Shown piece by piece: positions 17,733 through 29,251 of a DNA stretch of 64,000 nucleotides. Position numbers and translations under genes: made by a program. The stretch lies in NCBI GenBank assembly GCA_050250895.1, contig JBFWNU010000010.1, positions 1 through 64,000 of the forward strand, given 5' to 3'. How positions within the stretch are numbered: the stretch's first letter is position 1; each line of letters starts with the position of its first letter. This stretch comes from Vulcanimicrobiota bacterium (GTDB lineage Bacteria > Vulcanimicrobiota > Xenobia > Xenobiales > JADMJV01). Below the pieces are notes generated by a model. That model made no database searches and was not told the origin of the DNA. It was given only the letters and a program-made list of their open reading frames with translations.

Positions 17733-18845
17733 TTAGGTGGGCGAGGGGACGCCCGTCCAGGCAAAGTGACGACCCAGCTGAGGCCCCCGCTGATGTTGAT
17801 AGTGCGAGGTCAACTCATCTCCATAGACCCGGTCGGGCTCTTTGAGCAAGTGCTCGTAGACCATCTTGCAGATGGGTTGGCCGTGGCGAAAGACCACGTC
17901 TTCGTGCGGATCCACCTCGAGCACGGCTGGAGTGCCCAGAATATCCCCCTCGCGACCGTGGCCAAAGCCCGGGTCGAAGAAGCCAGCGTAGTGCGACCGA
18001 TATTCGCCGCTGTGAATGTCGTAGGCCACCATCTCGACGGCGTGCAGCGGTGGCACCCGCAAGAATTCGAGCGTCGACAGAATGTAGAACGAGCCTTTTT
18101 CGAGCAAGACCTCGTCGCCACTGGCGGTGATCGGTTCCCAGAAGCGCTCGGCGGGATGGGCCTCTCGCGAGGTCAGGTCGATCACTTCGTCGCTCTCGAT
18201 GGCGCGATATCCCACCGTTGGCTGCTGGAGATCGGCGGTCAGCAAAATTCCCTTGTCATACTGGGGGGGAACCTTCTGGCCGGTATGATCATAGAGCAGC
18301 CCGATGCGCTGCTGGGCCATCTCGAGTTCGAGGTCGGTGAGACGATTATCGCCGATCAAGAACCGTGCCTGGTTGAGGGTGCAACCCTGAGCCAGCCGCA
18401 ACGGCCACGAGCGCGGAGTCACCATCAGATAGACCTTGCCCCGGTAACCCTCGGGAATCTTGTCAAAGCGCGACAACTTGTCGACCAGGATGCGCACCCA
18501 CACGTTCATCCGGCCGGTCGAACTCTTGTTGTTGGTGTAGGCATGCACGCTGGCCGGCAGATCGAGGCTTTCCATCACCTCGAGCACGTAAGTCTGATGC
18601 TTTTGCAGGGTCGCGCCGGCCCTGAGATCGAGGCTGTCGACGGCATACTTCTCGAGGGCCATCTCGATGGTCTCTTCGGGCCGGGGCAGGAACGAAGCCC
18701 GCACCCGATAGCCGCGCGCGCCGACGCGCAGATCCAGGCTGGATGGCTGGAGGTTTTTTTCGGGAACTGGAGTGTCGGCACTGATCTTGCCGGTCTCGAG
18801 AAATTCGCGGATAATCTGGGATGGAATCGCACCCTGTTGCCTCAT
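17733..18845 (-). CDS. dcd: dCTP deaminase (long form)
   Basis: LQPSSLDLR, KSSTGR, HYAGFFDPGFG, VLEV. Confidence 0.9.
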   Translation of the reverse strand: MRQQGAIPSQIIREFLETGKISADTPVPEKNLQPSSLDLRVGARGYRVRASFLPRPEETIEMALEKYAVDSLDLRAGATLQKHQTYVLEVMESLDLPASVHAYTNNKSSTGRMNVWVRILVDKLSRFDKIPEGYRGKVYLMVTPRSWPLRLAQGCTLNQARFLIGDNRLTDLELEMAQQRIGLLYDHTGQKVPPQYDKGILLTADLQQPTVGYRAIESDEVIDLTSREAHPAERFWEPITASGDEVLLEKGSFYILSTLEFLRVPPLHAVEMVAYDIHSGEYRSHYAGFFDPGFGHGREGDILGTPAVLEVDPHEDVVFRHGQPICKMVYEHLLKEPDRVYGDELTSHYQHQRGPQLGRHFAWTGVPSPT

Positions 18846-18919
18846 AGCCGGCCCCTTCGCGAACCCCCTCAACCCACCTGCCCGCAGGGTTTCGTCGGCG
18901 CGCGCAAAAGGGGCCGACC

Positions 18920-20029
18920 ATGCCTTGGTGGGTTAGCAGGCTCGACGGATGGCTTTTGCTCTGCGCAGTTGCTTTGTCGGCCATCGGCCTTACCCTGGTC
19001 TCGTCGGCCGCCACCCCCGCCGAGTTCCAACGCCAGGCCGCGGCCATGGCGGTGGGTTGGGGGCTGGTCTTCGCGCTGGCCGCCATCGACTACGAGGTGT
19101 ATGCTCGCAAAGCTCCCTGGCTCTACGGCTTCGGCCTGCTTTTGCTGAGCCTGGTGTTGCTCCTGGGCGAGGCCAGCCACGGAGCCCGCCGCTGGTTGCT
19201 ATTGCCGGGCCTGCGCTTTCAGCCCTCAGAACCGGTCAAGCTGGCCGTGATCATCGCCCTGGCCGCCTGGCTCGGCCGCGACCAGTCGGCTTGGCGAAAG
19301 GTGGTGGGCGCCGGGGCGCTCGTGCTCCCGGCGGCCTTGCTCATCGCCCTCGAGCCTGACCTGGGCACGGCCGCGTCCCTGGCCGCGGTGGCTGCCGCCA
19401 TGCTCTATCTGGCTGAAGTCAACGGCTGGCTGCTGGCCGCGCTGGGCCTGGCCGCGGCGGCTCCGCTGCCGTTCGTGCTGCACGACTATCAGCGCGACCG
19501 CCTGCTGGTCTTTCTCGACCCCGAGCGCGATCCCACCGGCTCCGGCTGGAACCTGCTCCAATCCAAGATCGCCGTAGGCTCCGGTCAACTGTGGGGCCAG
19601 GGCCTCTACCACGGCTCGCAGAAGGCCCTCGACTTCTTGCCCGAGCGCCACACCGACTTCATCTTTGCGGTGGCCGGCGAAGAGCTCGGCTTCATCGGGT
19701 GCCTGCCCATCCTGGCTCTGTTCGCCACGCTGTGCCTGGCCGCCCTCAACCACTGCGGCCAGGCCCGAGACGACTTCGGCCGCCTGCTGCTGGGCGGTCT
19801 GGCCAGCTATTACGCCGTGCACGTGGTGATCAACGTCGGCATGGTGCTGGGAGTCACGCCCGTCACCGGCTTGCCCCTGCCGTTCTTTAGCTTCGGCGGC
19901 AGCGCGCTGGTCACCAATCTGGCGGCGCTCGGTCTGATGATGAGCGTCATCTGCCGGCGTCGCTACCAGGCTCGCCAGTCTCGCAAGCAGCTCGACGAGC
20001 GGTTCGCCCACTTGCGGTCCACTCACTAA
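18920..20029 (+). CDS. rodA: SEDS-family rod shape protein RodA
   Basis: GARRW, FQPSE, EPDLGTA, YQRDR, IAVGSG, LPERHTDFIF, EELG, PVTGLPLPFFSFGGS. Confidence 0.9.
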   Translation: MPWWVSRLDGWLLLCAVALSAIGLTLVSSAATPAEFQRQAAAMAVGWGLVFALAAIDYEVYARKAPWLYGFGLLLLSLVLLLGEASHGARRWLLLPGLRFQPSEPVKLAVIIALAAWLGRDQSAWRKVVGAGALVLPAALLIALEPDLGTAASLAAVAAAMLYLAEVNGWLLAALGLAAAAPLPFVLHDYQRDRLLVFLDPERDPTGSGWNLLQSKIAVGSGQLWGQGLYHGSQKALDFLPERHTDFIFAVAGEELGFIGCLPILALFATLCLAALNHCGQARDDFGRLLLGGLASYYAVHVVINVGMVLGVTPVTGLPLPFFSFGGSALVTNLAALGLMMSVICRRRYQARQSRKQLDERFAHLRSTH

Positions 20030-20079
20030 ATGGCCCGGGCTTCAGGAAGAGTCTGGCTACAAAGGGAGAATATAAGCCT

Positions 20080-20607
20080 GTGGACGCAGAGATCGAACCT
20101 GTCGCCCTGGGCGCGCCCGTCACTTCCCAAGACAAAGCCATCGTCAACCTGCCGCTTCCGGCTCAAGAGAAGTTGCGCGGGCAGGAAGGCTTTCACCCGC
20201 TTGCTCAGGCCTTGATCCAGCAATACGTCAAGACCATCGAGTCGCTGCAAGAGGTCATGGCGGGCCGCATCCCCCAGCACCTGCCTCAAGACCTGCGCTG
20301 GCGCGAGAAGAAAGACCGGATCATCCGCTTTTTCTCGACCCGCCAGCTAGCCTGGAAGGCCGAACTCACCCCCGAAGGCGGGGTCTCGGTCATCAGTGGC
20401 CGGCGCGAAACGAATTTCTTCTTCGAGTCCGACGAAGGCTTCAAGCAGCGCCTGGTGCGCACCGTCGCCGAAACGAAAGGCATCGAGCGCACCATCAAGC
20501 GCGACTCCATCGACCTGCAACAGGGCACCCGCGAGCCCACTACCACTTCCACCGAGGCGATTCGCCAGGAGCCAATCTTCCGCTGGAGCCACAAGCGGCC
20601 TGACTAG
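20080..20607 (+). CDS. Hypothetical protein
   Basis: 175-aa ORF with typical GC3 bias. Confidence 0.65.
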   Translation: MDAEIEPVALGAPVTSQDKAIVNLPLPAQEKLRGQEGFHPLAQALIQQYVKTIESLQEVMAGRIPQHLPQDLRWREKKDRIIRFFSTRQLAWKAELTPEGGVSVISGRRETNFFFESDEGFKQRLVRTVAETKGIERTIKRDSIDLQQGTREPTTTSTEAIRQEPIFRWSHKRPD

Positions 20608-20632
20608 CTGCGACCCGCGGGCGCCCAGCCGA

Positions 20633-21193
20633 CTAAGACAGGGGGGGAGCAGGTTGTCGCTCGATGTAGCGGCGCAGGGTCTTGCGGTGGGAGCGACTGA
20701 GGTCGAGCAGCGAAAGCCCTCCGTGAAAGCCTCCGGCGGGTTTTTTGTGGCACCAGCGGACCTCGGCGCTCGACCGCAGCACGGTTCGATTGCGGTCGTT
20801 GAGGACTAACTCGAGGGGGTGGACCGTCTCGGGAACCAGGGGGTGGGGCAGGCTCAGCCTTACGCCGACCACGGAGATATCCTCGGTGTGAGCCGGCAGG
20901 TCGCCAACCCTGGCCTCGAGGCAGTGGCGGAGCCGGGGAACCCTTCGGCTCTCGGGAAACAGTTCGAGGACCAGGCTACCCTGCTCGATAAGAGCTCGAT
21001 AGATCTGAGCTCGGGGGTCGAACGACTCCACCCGCACCGTGGTCGACAGCCACCTGCCGTGGGCTTTCACCCGCACCGAGGTCGTCGCAAAAGGGAGAGG
21101 CCGGGGGCTCTTGAGCAATAGCATTCCGTCCACGAAGTCTATGGCCTCGACACGACGAGGGCGTAGTCGGACGGAGTGAAGGAAGGCAAGCAT
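20633..21193 (-). CDS. PilZ-domain protein
   Basis: RRVPR and DISVVG motifs, EVRWC; AAGGAG RBS. Confidence 0.8.
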   Translation of the reverse strand: MLAFLHSVRLRPRRVEAIDFVDGMLLLKSPRPLPFATTSVRVKAHGRWLSTTVRVESFDPRAQIYRALIEQGSLVLELFPESRRVPRLRHCLEARVGDLPAHTEDISVVGVRLSLPHPLVPETVHPLELVLNDRNRTVLRSSAEVRWCHKKPAGGFHGGLSLLDLSRSHRKTLRRYIERQPAPPLS

Positions 21194-21448
21194 GGTCGGT
21201 CTCCTTTCGGAAACCCCGCGACCCTGTCAGGTTAGCACGCGATGTTGGCTCGAGCGAGGGCCGCATATACCGCATCACTACGGGAGTTTCTTACTAAGGG
21301 TCTATGAATCTTTACAACACGGCCAGGTCGCTGGCCACCGCTCCTCCACCGCTACAGCCCTTACCTATTGCCGAGATGCGCGGTCAGGCAAGCCTTGCCA
21401 CCGGGGCACCTCAGCGCCCGGAATGCTACTCTTCATCCCTGACGGGCC

Positions 21449-22372
21449 CTAAGCCCGATGGAGTCTAGCCTCGGCGTCTTCCCAGATCGACTCGAAGCAC
21501 TCCAGACCCAGGAGGATGTACTGCCCGATGGGGTGCTGGAGTGCGTCGCGCAAACTGTGGGTCGTCAACTCTCCCCCGCCCCCCACCTCCATGAGGGCGC
21601 CCACCCAGGCCGCCGTGATGCGGGCAGCTTCTTCGGGAGCCTCGAGGCCCAGTTGTCTTCGGACGTCGCTCAACTCATGATAGAGGCCCGCCTCTGGGCC
21701 AGTCAGATAGGCGTCGCGCAGGGCCGTGTCGTCACGCCGGTCGAGCATCACGTGGGCCATTGCCATTGGGCCGTATTTTCGCCAGAGGTTAGCCGTCACG
21801 GGAGCGAGTTCTTTGAAAAGACGCTGACCCTCGGCTTCCTCTCCTTCGAGCTCCTCCACTATCGTGGGATCGAGCATCCTCTCGGCAAATTTCTGACTGA
21901 TCACCTGCAAGAGATTCAGCCGCTGCTCCAGCGCCTGGGCAACGGGGTTCACCAGCCCGAACTTGGCGCCCAGCTCCTCGGCGCGTTCGGGAGTGGCCAG
22001 CCCCAGATGGCGGGCGATCCACCACAGGCCGGCGGACAGTCCAAAGACCGTCCCCCACAGGGCGAGCATTCTGAGCACCCGCTCGGTGTTGACCTCTACG
22101 AATAGTCCTATGACGCCAGCGCTCACCACCAGACCACTCACCAGCAACAAGATGAAGAGCACAGCCCTCAGATAGGCCAGGCCCACCGATTTCCAGTTCA
22201 GGGGAAGCTCCACAGCCTGGTCGGTGCCTGCCACCACCAGATAACTGCGCAGCGGAATCAGGGGGAAGAGAAAAATGTGGAAAAAGAGGGTCTCGATATA
22301 GAGCGTCTCACGCCCCTCTGCCAAGCACCGCTCGACTCGTCCGAAGAGGTCTTTGCCAAAGTAAACGATCAA
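21449..22372 (-). CDS. Hypothetical membrane protein
   Basis: [20 protein letters not shown] plus two TMs. Start set at TTG 22372; the longer ORF call is antisense shadow of hutU. Confidence 0.6.
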   Translation of the reverse strand: MIVYFGKDLFGRVERCLAEGRETLYIETLFFHIFLFPLIPLRSYLVVAGTDQAVELPLNWKSVGLAYLRAVLFILLLVSGLVVSAGVIGLFVEVNTERVLRMLALWGTVFGLSAGLWWIARHLGLATPERAEELGAKFGLVNPVAQALEQRLNLLQVISQKFAERMLDPTIVEELEGEEAEGQRLFKELAPVTANLWRKYGPMAMAHVMLDRRDDTALRDAYLTGPEAGLYHELSDVRRQLGLEAPEEAARITAAWVGALMEVGGGGELTTHSLRDALQHPIGQYILLGLECFESIWEDAEARLHRA

Positions 22373-22486
22373 GCATGGATTGGATTCGAGCGCCTGAGGG
22401 GGTCTCTCCTTTCGCAGGGGAGGTGCCGGCGTAGCTACCGCTGGATCTGGGTAAGGGAGTGGAAACTTGACCGAGAGGAAGACCCG

Positions 22487-24148
22487 ATGTCGACCAAAAC
22501 CGTGGTGAGAGCCCCCCGAGGCAGCCTGATTCAGTGTAAGGGCTGGGCTCAAGAAGCGGCCATGCGGATGCTGATGAACAATCTCGACCCCGAGGTGGCC
22601 GAGGATCCGAGCCAGCTGGTGGTCTATGGGGGCACGGGCAAGGCCGCTCGCAACTGGGATTGCTTTGCGGCCATCGTGGACACTCTCAAGCGCCTTGACG
22701 ACGATCAGACGCTGTTGGTGCAGTCGGGCAAGCCGGTGGGAGTGATTCGGACCCACCGGGACGCCCCCCGCGTGTTGATCAGCAACTCGATGCTGGTGCC
22801 GGCCTGGGCCAACTGGGAGCACTTTCGCGAGCTCGAGAAGAAGGGCCTGATGATGTACGGCCAGATGACGGCCGGCTCGTGGATCTATATCGGCACTCAG
22901 GGCATCCTGCAGGGCACCTACGAGACCCTGGCTGAACTGGCTCGCCAGCATTTCGACGGCAGCCTGCGCGGGCGTTTGACCCTGACCGCCGGGTTGGGCG
23001 GTATGGGTGGAGCCCAGCCGCTGGCCGTGACCATGAACGACGGGGTGGCGCTGGTGGTGGAAGTGGACCGGGCCCGGGCCCAGCGCCGCATCGACACTCG
23101 CTACTGCGACCGCCTGACCGAGAGCCTCGACGAGGCCCTCGAGTGGTGCCAGCAGGCGATGGACAAGAAAGAGCCTCTTTCGGTGGGCCTGGTTGGCAAC
23201 GCCGCCGACATTTTTCCCGAGATTCTCCGGCGCGGCCTCGTGCCTGACGTGGTCACCGACCAGACCAGCGCCCACGACATGCTCAACGGCTATGTGCCCA
23301 ACGGGATGACCCTTCAGCAAGCCGTCGAGCTGCGAGAACGCGATCCCCAAGCGTATGAAGAGAAGTCGTTCCAATCCGCGGCCGCCCATGTCGAGGCGAT
23401 GCTAGGCTTTCAGAAAGCCGGCTCGGTGGTCTTTGACTATGGCAACAACCTGCGCGCTCAGGCCGAGAAGGCCGGAGTCAAGAACGCCTTCGACTTTCCC
23501 GGTTTCGTGCCGGCCTTCATCCGCCCGCTGTTTTGCGAAGGCAAAGGACCTTTTCGCTGGGTGGCCCTGTCGGGCGACCCTGAAGACATCTATCGCACCG
23601 ACCAGGCCGTGCTCGAGACGTTTCCCGAGGACGAAGCGCTGGCTCGTTGGATCAAGAAGGCCCGCGAGCAGGTGGCTTTCCAGGGCCTGCCGGCCCGCAT
23701 TTGCTGGCTCGGTTATGGTGAGCGGGCCAGGCTGGGTAAAGTCTTCAACCAGCTGGTGAAGAACGGCGAGGTGAAGGCCCCCATCGTGATCGGCCGTGAC
23801 CATCTCGACTCGGGCTCGGTGGCCTCGCCCAATCGCGAGACCGAAGCCATGCGCGACGGTTCCGATGCGGTGGCCGATTGGCCCATTCTGAATGCCTTTT
23901 CCAACGTGGCTTGCGGAGCCACCTGGGTGTCGTTCCATCATGGTGGAGGGGTCGGGATGGGATACTCCCTGCACGCCGGCATGGTGGTCGTGGCCGACGG
24001 GACGCCGGAAGCCGAACAGAGGCTCGAACGGGTTTTGACCTGCGACCCTGGTCTGGGGGTCATGCGCCACGCGGATGCCGGCTACGCAAGGGCCCGTGAC
24101 GTGGCTCTTGAGCGCGGGGTCGACATACCGATGCTGGAAAAGCCATAA
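22487..24148 (+). CDS. hutU: Urocanate hydratase
   Basis: [63 protein letters not shown]. Confidence 0.98.
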   Translation: MSTKTVVRAPRGSLIQCKGWAQEAAMRMLMNNLDPEVAEDPSQLVVYGGTGKAARNWDCFAAIVDTLKRLDDDQTLLVQSGKPVGVIRTHRDAPRVLISNSMLVPAWANWEHFRELEKKGLMMYGQMTAGSWIYIGTQGILQGTYETLAELARQHFDGSLRGRLTLTAGLGGMGGAQPLAVTMNDGVALVVEVDRARAQRRIDTRYCDRLTESLDEALEWCQQAMDKKEPLSVGLVGNAADIFPEILRRGLVPDVVTDQTSAHDMLNGYVPNGMTLQQAVELRERDPQAYEEKSFQSAAAHVEAMLGFQKAGSVVFDYGNNLRAQAEKAGVKNAFDFPGFVPAFIRPLFCEGKGPFRWVALSGDPEDIYRTDQAVLETFPEDEALARWIKKAREQVAFQGLPARICWLGYGERARLGKVFNQLVKNGEVKAPIVIGRDHLDSGSVASPNRETEAMRDGSDAVADWPILNAFSNVACGATWVSFHHGGGVGMGYSLHAGMVVVADGTPEAEQRLERVLTCDPGLGVMRHADAGYARARDVALERGVDIPMLEKP

Positions 24149-24226
24149 ACCGAACAACATTTTGGAAGGGACATAGGGGAGCAACCGCGACAACCCCCCG
24201 CGTAAGGACTCTGTTGGAGGTCAACC

Positions 24227-24844
24227 GTGATCTACAAACTGCTGCGTAAGCAAGAAGCCTTCTTCTCCACCTTCGGAGAACTCGCTCGTTTGGCCGTCGA
24301 GGCGGCTGGCGAGTTTCGGCAACTCCTCGACTCCCACCCGGCCTGCGAGGCCCATGCTGCCAGTATCAGCAAGCTCGAGTCGCAGGGCGACGATTTGATC
24401 GAGAATCTCAATCGCCACCTGGCCTCCACCTTCATCACGCCTATCGATCGTGAAGACATCCATCACATGGCTAACAGCCTCGACAGCGTGATCGACTTCA
24501 TCCACGGCTCGGCTCACCGGGTCGTTTCTTATCGTGTCGAACGCATTCCCGAGGCCTATCGCGAACTGGTGGGTCTGGTGGTCAGCTCGACCCAGGCTAT
24601 AGAAAAAGGGCTGGCATGTCTTCAAAGCGGCGACGAGATCGCCGCTTTTCGCAAACAGGTCAAAAGTGACGAGAAAAAGTCGGATACCGTCTCTCGTCAG
24701 GCCATTGGCGAACTGTTCGCCGAGCGGGTCGATGTGTACGAGTTGCTCAAGTGGAAAGAGCTGTATGAGCGCCTCGAGAGCACCCTCGACCGCTGCGAGG
24801 ATGTGTTCGATACGCTCGACGCCTTAGTGGTGAAGTATGCTTGA
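24227..24844 (+). CDS. DUF47 / PhoU-like phosphate transport regulator
   Basis: LESQGD, TFITPIDREDI, KWKELYERLE; overlaps the PiT start. Confidence 0.92.
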   Translation: MIYKLLRKQEAFFSTFGELARLAVEAAGEFRQLLDSHPACEAHAASISKLESQGDDLIENLNRHLASTFITPIDREDIHHMANSLDSVIDFIHGSAHRVVSYRVERIPEAYRELVGLVVSSTQAIEKGLACLQSGDEIAAFRKQVKSDEKKSDTVSRQAIGELFAERVDVYELLKWKELYERLESTLDRCEDVFDTLDALVVKYA

Positions 24845-25901
24845 CTATCACGCCCTGGGACTGGTGCTGCTGGTAGTTCTGGTGGCCCTGTTCTTCGACT
24901 ATTGCAACGGCTGGAACGACTCGGCCAACGCCATCGCCACGGTGGTCTCGACCCGCGTGCTCAAACCCTGGCAGGCAGTGGTCATGAACGCCGTGCTCAA
25001 CTTCGTGGGGGCGCTGGTCAGCACCAAGGTGGCCAAGACCATCGCCGGCAAATTCGTCGATGAGCAGATGATGACCCAATGGGGTGTTCTGGCCGCCATG
25101 CTCTCGGCCGCCGTGTGGGTGCTCATCTGCACTCACAAGGGCTTGCCCATCAGCGGCTCGCACAGCCTGATGGGTGGCATTATCGGGGCCGCTCTAGGCA
25201 CGGCCATCTATCTGGGTCATGGCCTCGAGATTCTCAAGTGGGAAGGCATCGCGCCAGCCATCGTCGCCATGGGCCTGTCGCCGCTGCTGGGCTTTGCTTT
25301 CGCGTATTGGGGCCTGAATCTGACCGTGTGGCTGACGGCCAGGGCCAATCCTAAAGCCAGGGCCGGGCGCCAGCTGTTTTCTGGGTTGCAGTTGCTGTCG
25401 GCCTCGCTGATGGCGTTTCAGCACGGCAAGAACGACGCCCAGAAGGTTATGGGCGTCATCACGCTGGCGCTGATCACGCTACCAGCCACTACGGCTCAGC
25501 AGTTGCCCGCCTGGTTCGTGCCGCCCACCGGGGCTGATGGTGAACCCGGCATCCCGATGTGGGTGATTCTGGCTTGTGCCACCGCCATGGCCATCGGGAC
25601 CGCAGCCGGCGGCTGGAAAGTCATTCGCACCCTGGGGGCAAAACTGGCTCACATTCGCCCCATGGAGGGCTTTGCCGCCGAGGCGGGAGCGGCGGTGGTG
25701 CTGGAGGCCGCGGCCGAGTTGGGGGTGCCAGTGAGTACCACCCATACGATTACCGGCAGCATCCTGGGGGCCGGATGCGTGCGCAATCCCAAGAGCGTGA
25801 AATGGGGCACCGGAGCCAAGATCTTTCTGGCCTGGATCTTCACTTTTCCGGCCACGGTCACGGTGGGTCTGGTGCTGGCCCTGGTGCTAAATTGGCTCTA
25901 A
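24837..25901 (+). CDS. PiT-family inorganic phosphate transporter
   Basis: GWNDSANAIAT, GLPISGSH, HGKNDAQK, PVSTTH. Confidence 0.95.
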   Translation: MLDYHALGLVLLVVLVALFFDYCNGWNDSANAIATVVSTRVLKPWQAVVMNAVLNFVGALVSTKVAKTIAGKFVDEQMMTQWGVLAAMLSAAVWVLICTHKGLPISGSHSLMGGIIGAALGTAIYLGHGLEILKWEGIAPAIVAMGLSPLLGFAFAYWGLNLTVWLTARANPKARAGRQLFSGLQLLSASLMAFQHGKNDAQKVMGVITLALITLPATTAQQLPAWFVPPTGADGEPGIPMWVILACATAMAIGTAAGGWKVIRTLGAKLAHIRPMEGFAAEAGAAVVLEAAAELGVPVSTTHTITGSILGAGCVRNPKSVKWGTGAKIFLAWIFTFPATVTVGLVLALVLNWL

Positions 25902-25902
25902 A

Positions 25903-26970
25903 CTAGAAGGTCCGCTTGCCGTCGCGGCCGCGATAGACCGTGGCCGTCGAGTCGGTGGTTAGTTGCCGGCGCATGCCGGGCGAGAATTGATGGCGGGCGT
26001 AAAGTTCGTCCAGTTCTGCTTCGCTCTGGCCCTGGCAGGAATACTCGAAGATGAACTTCCACTTGCCCTCGAGTCGCTCCCAGATGGCCACTTTTCCGTC
26101 CTGAAGATATTTCTCGCCCCGCCAGGTCCGTCCGAAATAGGTGGCTTTATAGGGGATGGCTCGCACTCCGAACTGGTCGTCGTCCCAATGGTAGCGTGCT
26201 TTGGCGGCGGCTCGCAGGGATTTGAATACCTCGGGATGAGGCCCGTATTGAAAATCGACATAGAGCAACCCGTCAGGATAGATTCGCACCCTGAGCAACT
26301 CTACGGCGTCGGGCCAGATCCAGGCGATCTTCCCCGTCTTGGGGTCGACCCGAGCCAGACCCTTCTCGGTGTCGACATAGAGCGCGCCGCCCTGATACCA
26401 GGCTCCCAGATTCCAGCGGCAATGGCCGAATTTCCAGGGGGCCTTCCACCGGGTGCTACCGTCGCTAACCAGTCTACAACTGGCGCCATCGGGCTCTTCC
26501 GAGAGCAGGTAGGGGCCGGCTACGCAGGCCCCGGGTCGCAGCAGTGGTCGCCAGCCGGGAGCCCCAAGCTCCCGGCTTTCTAGCAACACTCGCTGGCGGC
26601 CATCACGGCTCATCACCTTGACCGGGCCGTGCGACCCTTTGGTGCGGTACCAAACCAGCCGGTCACCGTTGGGGAGATAACCTAGAGAGGCCTGATCGTC
26701 AATGCGGTCGGGACGCGAGTAGGGCCTGCCCTGCTCGTCGGTGAGCTTGCCCGGGTCGACCCCGGGCGAAAAGCAGAATTCCTTGAGATACTCAAAGTGG
26801 GGCTCCTCGCTGCCGGCCTCGATCCGTTCCTGCATCGACATCATCAGCAGGTAGTGGCCTAGCACCTGGCCGCTGGTGGGGTCGAGGACGGCCGCCTGGG
26901 GGTTGGGTGGGTCCTCGGCTAGCGCTGGCAGAAATAGGCATAGAGCCAACAGCACGACCAGGAACCTCAT
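25903..26970 (-). CDS. Secreted protein with PQQ-like beta-propeller segments
   Basis: Signal peptide MRFLVVLLALCLFLPALA; VDPKTGKIAW and DGSTRW repeats. Confidence 0.65.
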   Translation of the reverse strand: MRFLVVLLALCLFLPALAEDPPNPQAAVLDPTSGQVLGHYLLMMSMQERIEAGSEEPHFEYLKEFCFSPGVDPGKLTDEQGRPYSRPDRIDDQASLGYLPNGDRLVWYRTKGSHGPVKVMSRDGRQRVLLESRELGAPGWRPLLRPGACVAGPYLLSEEPDGASCRLVSDGSTRWKAPWKFGHCRWNLGAWYQGGALYVDTEKGLARVDPKTGKIAWIWPDAVELLRVRIYPDGLLYVDFQYGPHPEVFKSLRAAAKARYHWDDDQFGVRAIPYKATYFGRTWRGEKYLQDGKVAIWERLEGKWKFIFEYSCQGQSEAELDELYARHQFSPGMRRQLTTDSTATVYRGRDGKRTF

Positions 26971-27026
26971 AGCACGGCAGCCTCCACTTTCGCGGAGGCA
27001 TTTCGCCCTGGCTGGCCAGAACCCCG

Positions 27027-27800
27027 CTAGCAGTTATTGCAGCAGAAGTATTTGGGATAGTGATAGCACTCTCCGCCGGCGTCGCGTAAACAGTCGGCCG
27101 GATTATTGGGGTCGGGGATCTCGGGGCAGTCCAGCGAATCGGCCTGGTTGTCATTGAGGGCGAAGAAGACAGTCTGAAGGCGGTTGACCACGAAGGCGCG
27201 AGAGACACCGCAGTCTGTCTGGGTCTGGGTTCCGGCCAGGTCGGCCGAGCAGATGATCTGCGCTCCGCCCAGCGGCGTCTGCAGATCCGAACCGCAGTCG
27301 CCGTCGCTGTCTACGGTGTGGGGAGGCCCCTCGATGACCGTCAGCGAGGTAGCACAGCGCGCCGACATACACGTGTTGGTGCAGGGCGAGGCGCCGTTGA
27401 CCTGGCAAGCCTCGCAGGTGTTGATGGGGCTCGACAGGGTCGAGGAACAGGCGGTGCCGGTGCCTCCGGTATGCGGACAGGCCGACCCGGCCGCCGCCGG
27501 CAGAGGAACCGCTACGGTAGTCAAAGCTGCCAGGCCAAGCTTGAGAGCCACCCGGCGACTGGCACCGTGAGTGACCAACCCGGCGCGATGAAGCGAATCG
27601 AGACTGGCCAGCAGCCGCTCTTCGCTGAGCCCGAGACGGGCTGCCGTCTGACTGAGCGAGGCCTGGCCATCGCAGGCATCGAGCACCGCGGCCAGGCTGG
27701 CGTCAAGATGATGGGCCTGGCGACGGCGCGGGTCATAGACGAGCCGTCCTCCCGGCAAGTTTGTCATGATCAGACCAGCTGTTCTACCGGGTAAAAGCAT
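27027..27800 (-). CDS. PqqD/RRE-like domain + twin-arginine-like segment + Cys-rich domain
   Basis: LVYD..RQAHHLD..AAVLDACDG..L..AGLV; SRRVALK; PLPAAAGS; 16 Cys downstream; GAGGT RBS. Confidence 0.75.
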   Translation of the reverse strand: MLLPGRTAGLIMTNLPGGRLVYDPRRRQAHHLDASLAAVLDACDGQASLSQTAARLGLSEERLLASLDSLHRAGLVTHGASRRVALKLGLAALTTVAVPLPAAAGSACPHTGGTGTACSSTLSSPINTCEACQVNGASPCTNTCMSARCATSLTVIEGPPHTVDSDGDCGSDLQTPLGGAQIICSADLAGTQTQTDCGVSRAFVVNRLQTVFFALNDNQADSLDCPEIPDPNNPADCLRDAGGECYHYPKYFCCNNC

Positions 27801-27927
27801 CGACTCGCGACCTCGTTCTTTGAGAATGGGTTCTATTATGTCAAGCATAATAGTTTGTCCTGCTGTCAGAAACCCAGGCCGATTGGGTCTGGTAGGGACC
27901 CTGGACCCGCTCTCGAATCGAGGGCAA

Positions 27928-29220
<1,293 letters not shown>

Positions 29221-29251
29221 GCTTTCTCTACTTGATGTCGAAATTTTGCCC

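Noticed and set aside
22373-23389. N-terminal half of the 646-aa minus-strand ORF
   Set aside because: Antisense shadow of hutU; only the part below ~22372 looks like a real protein.
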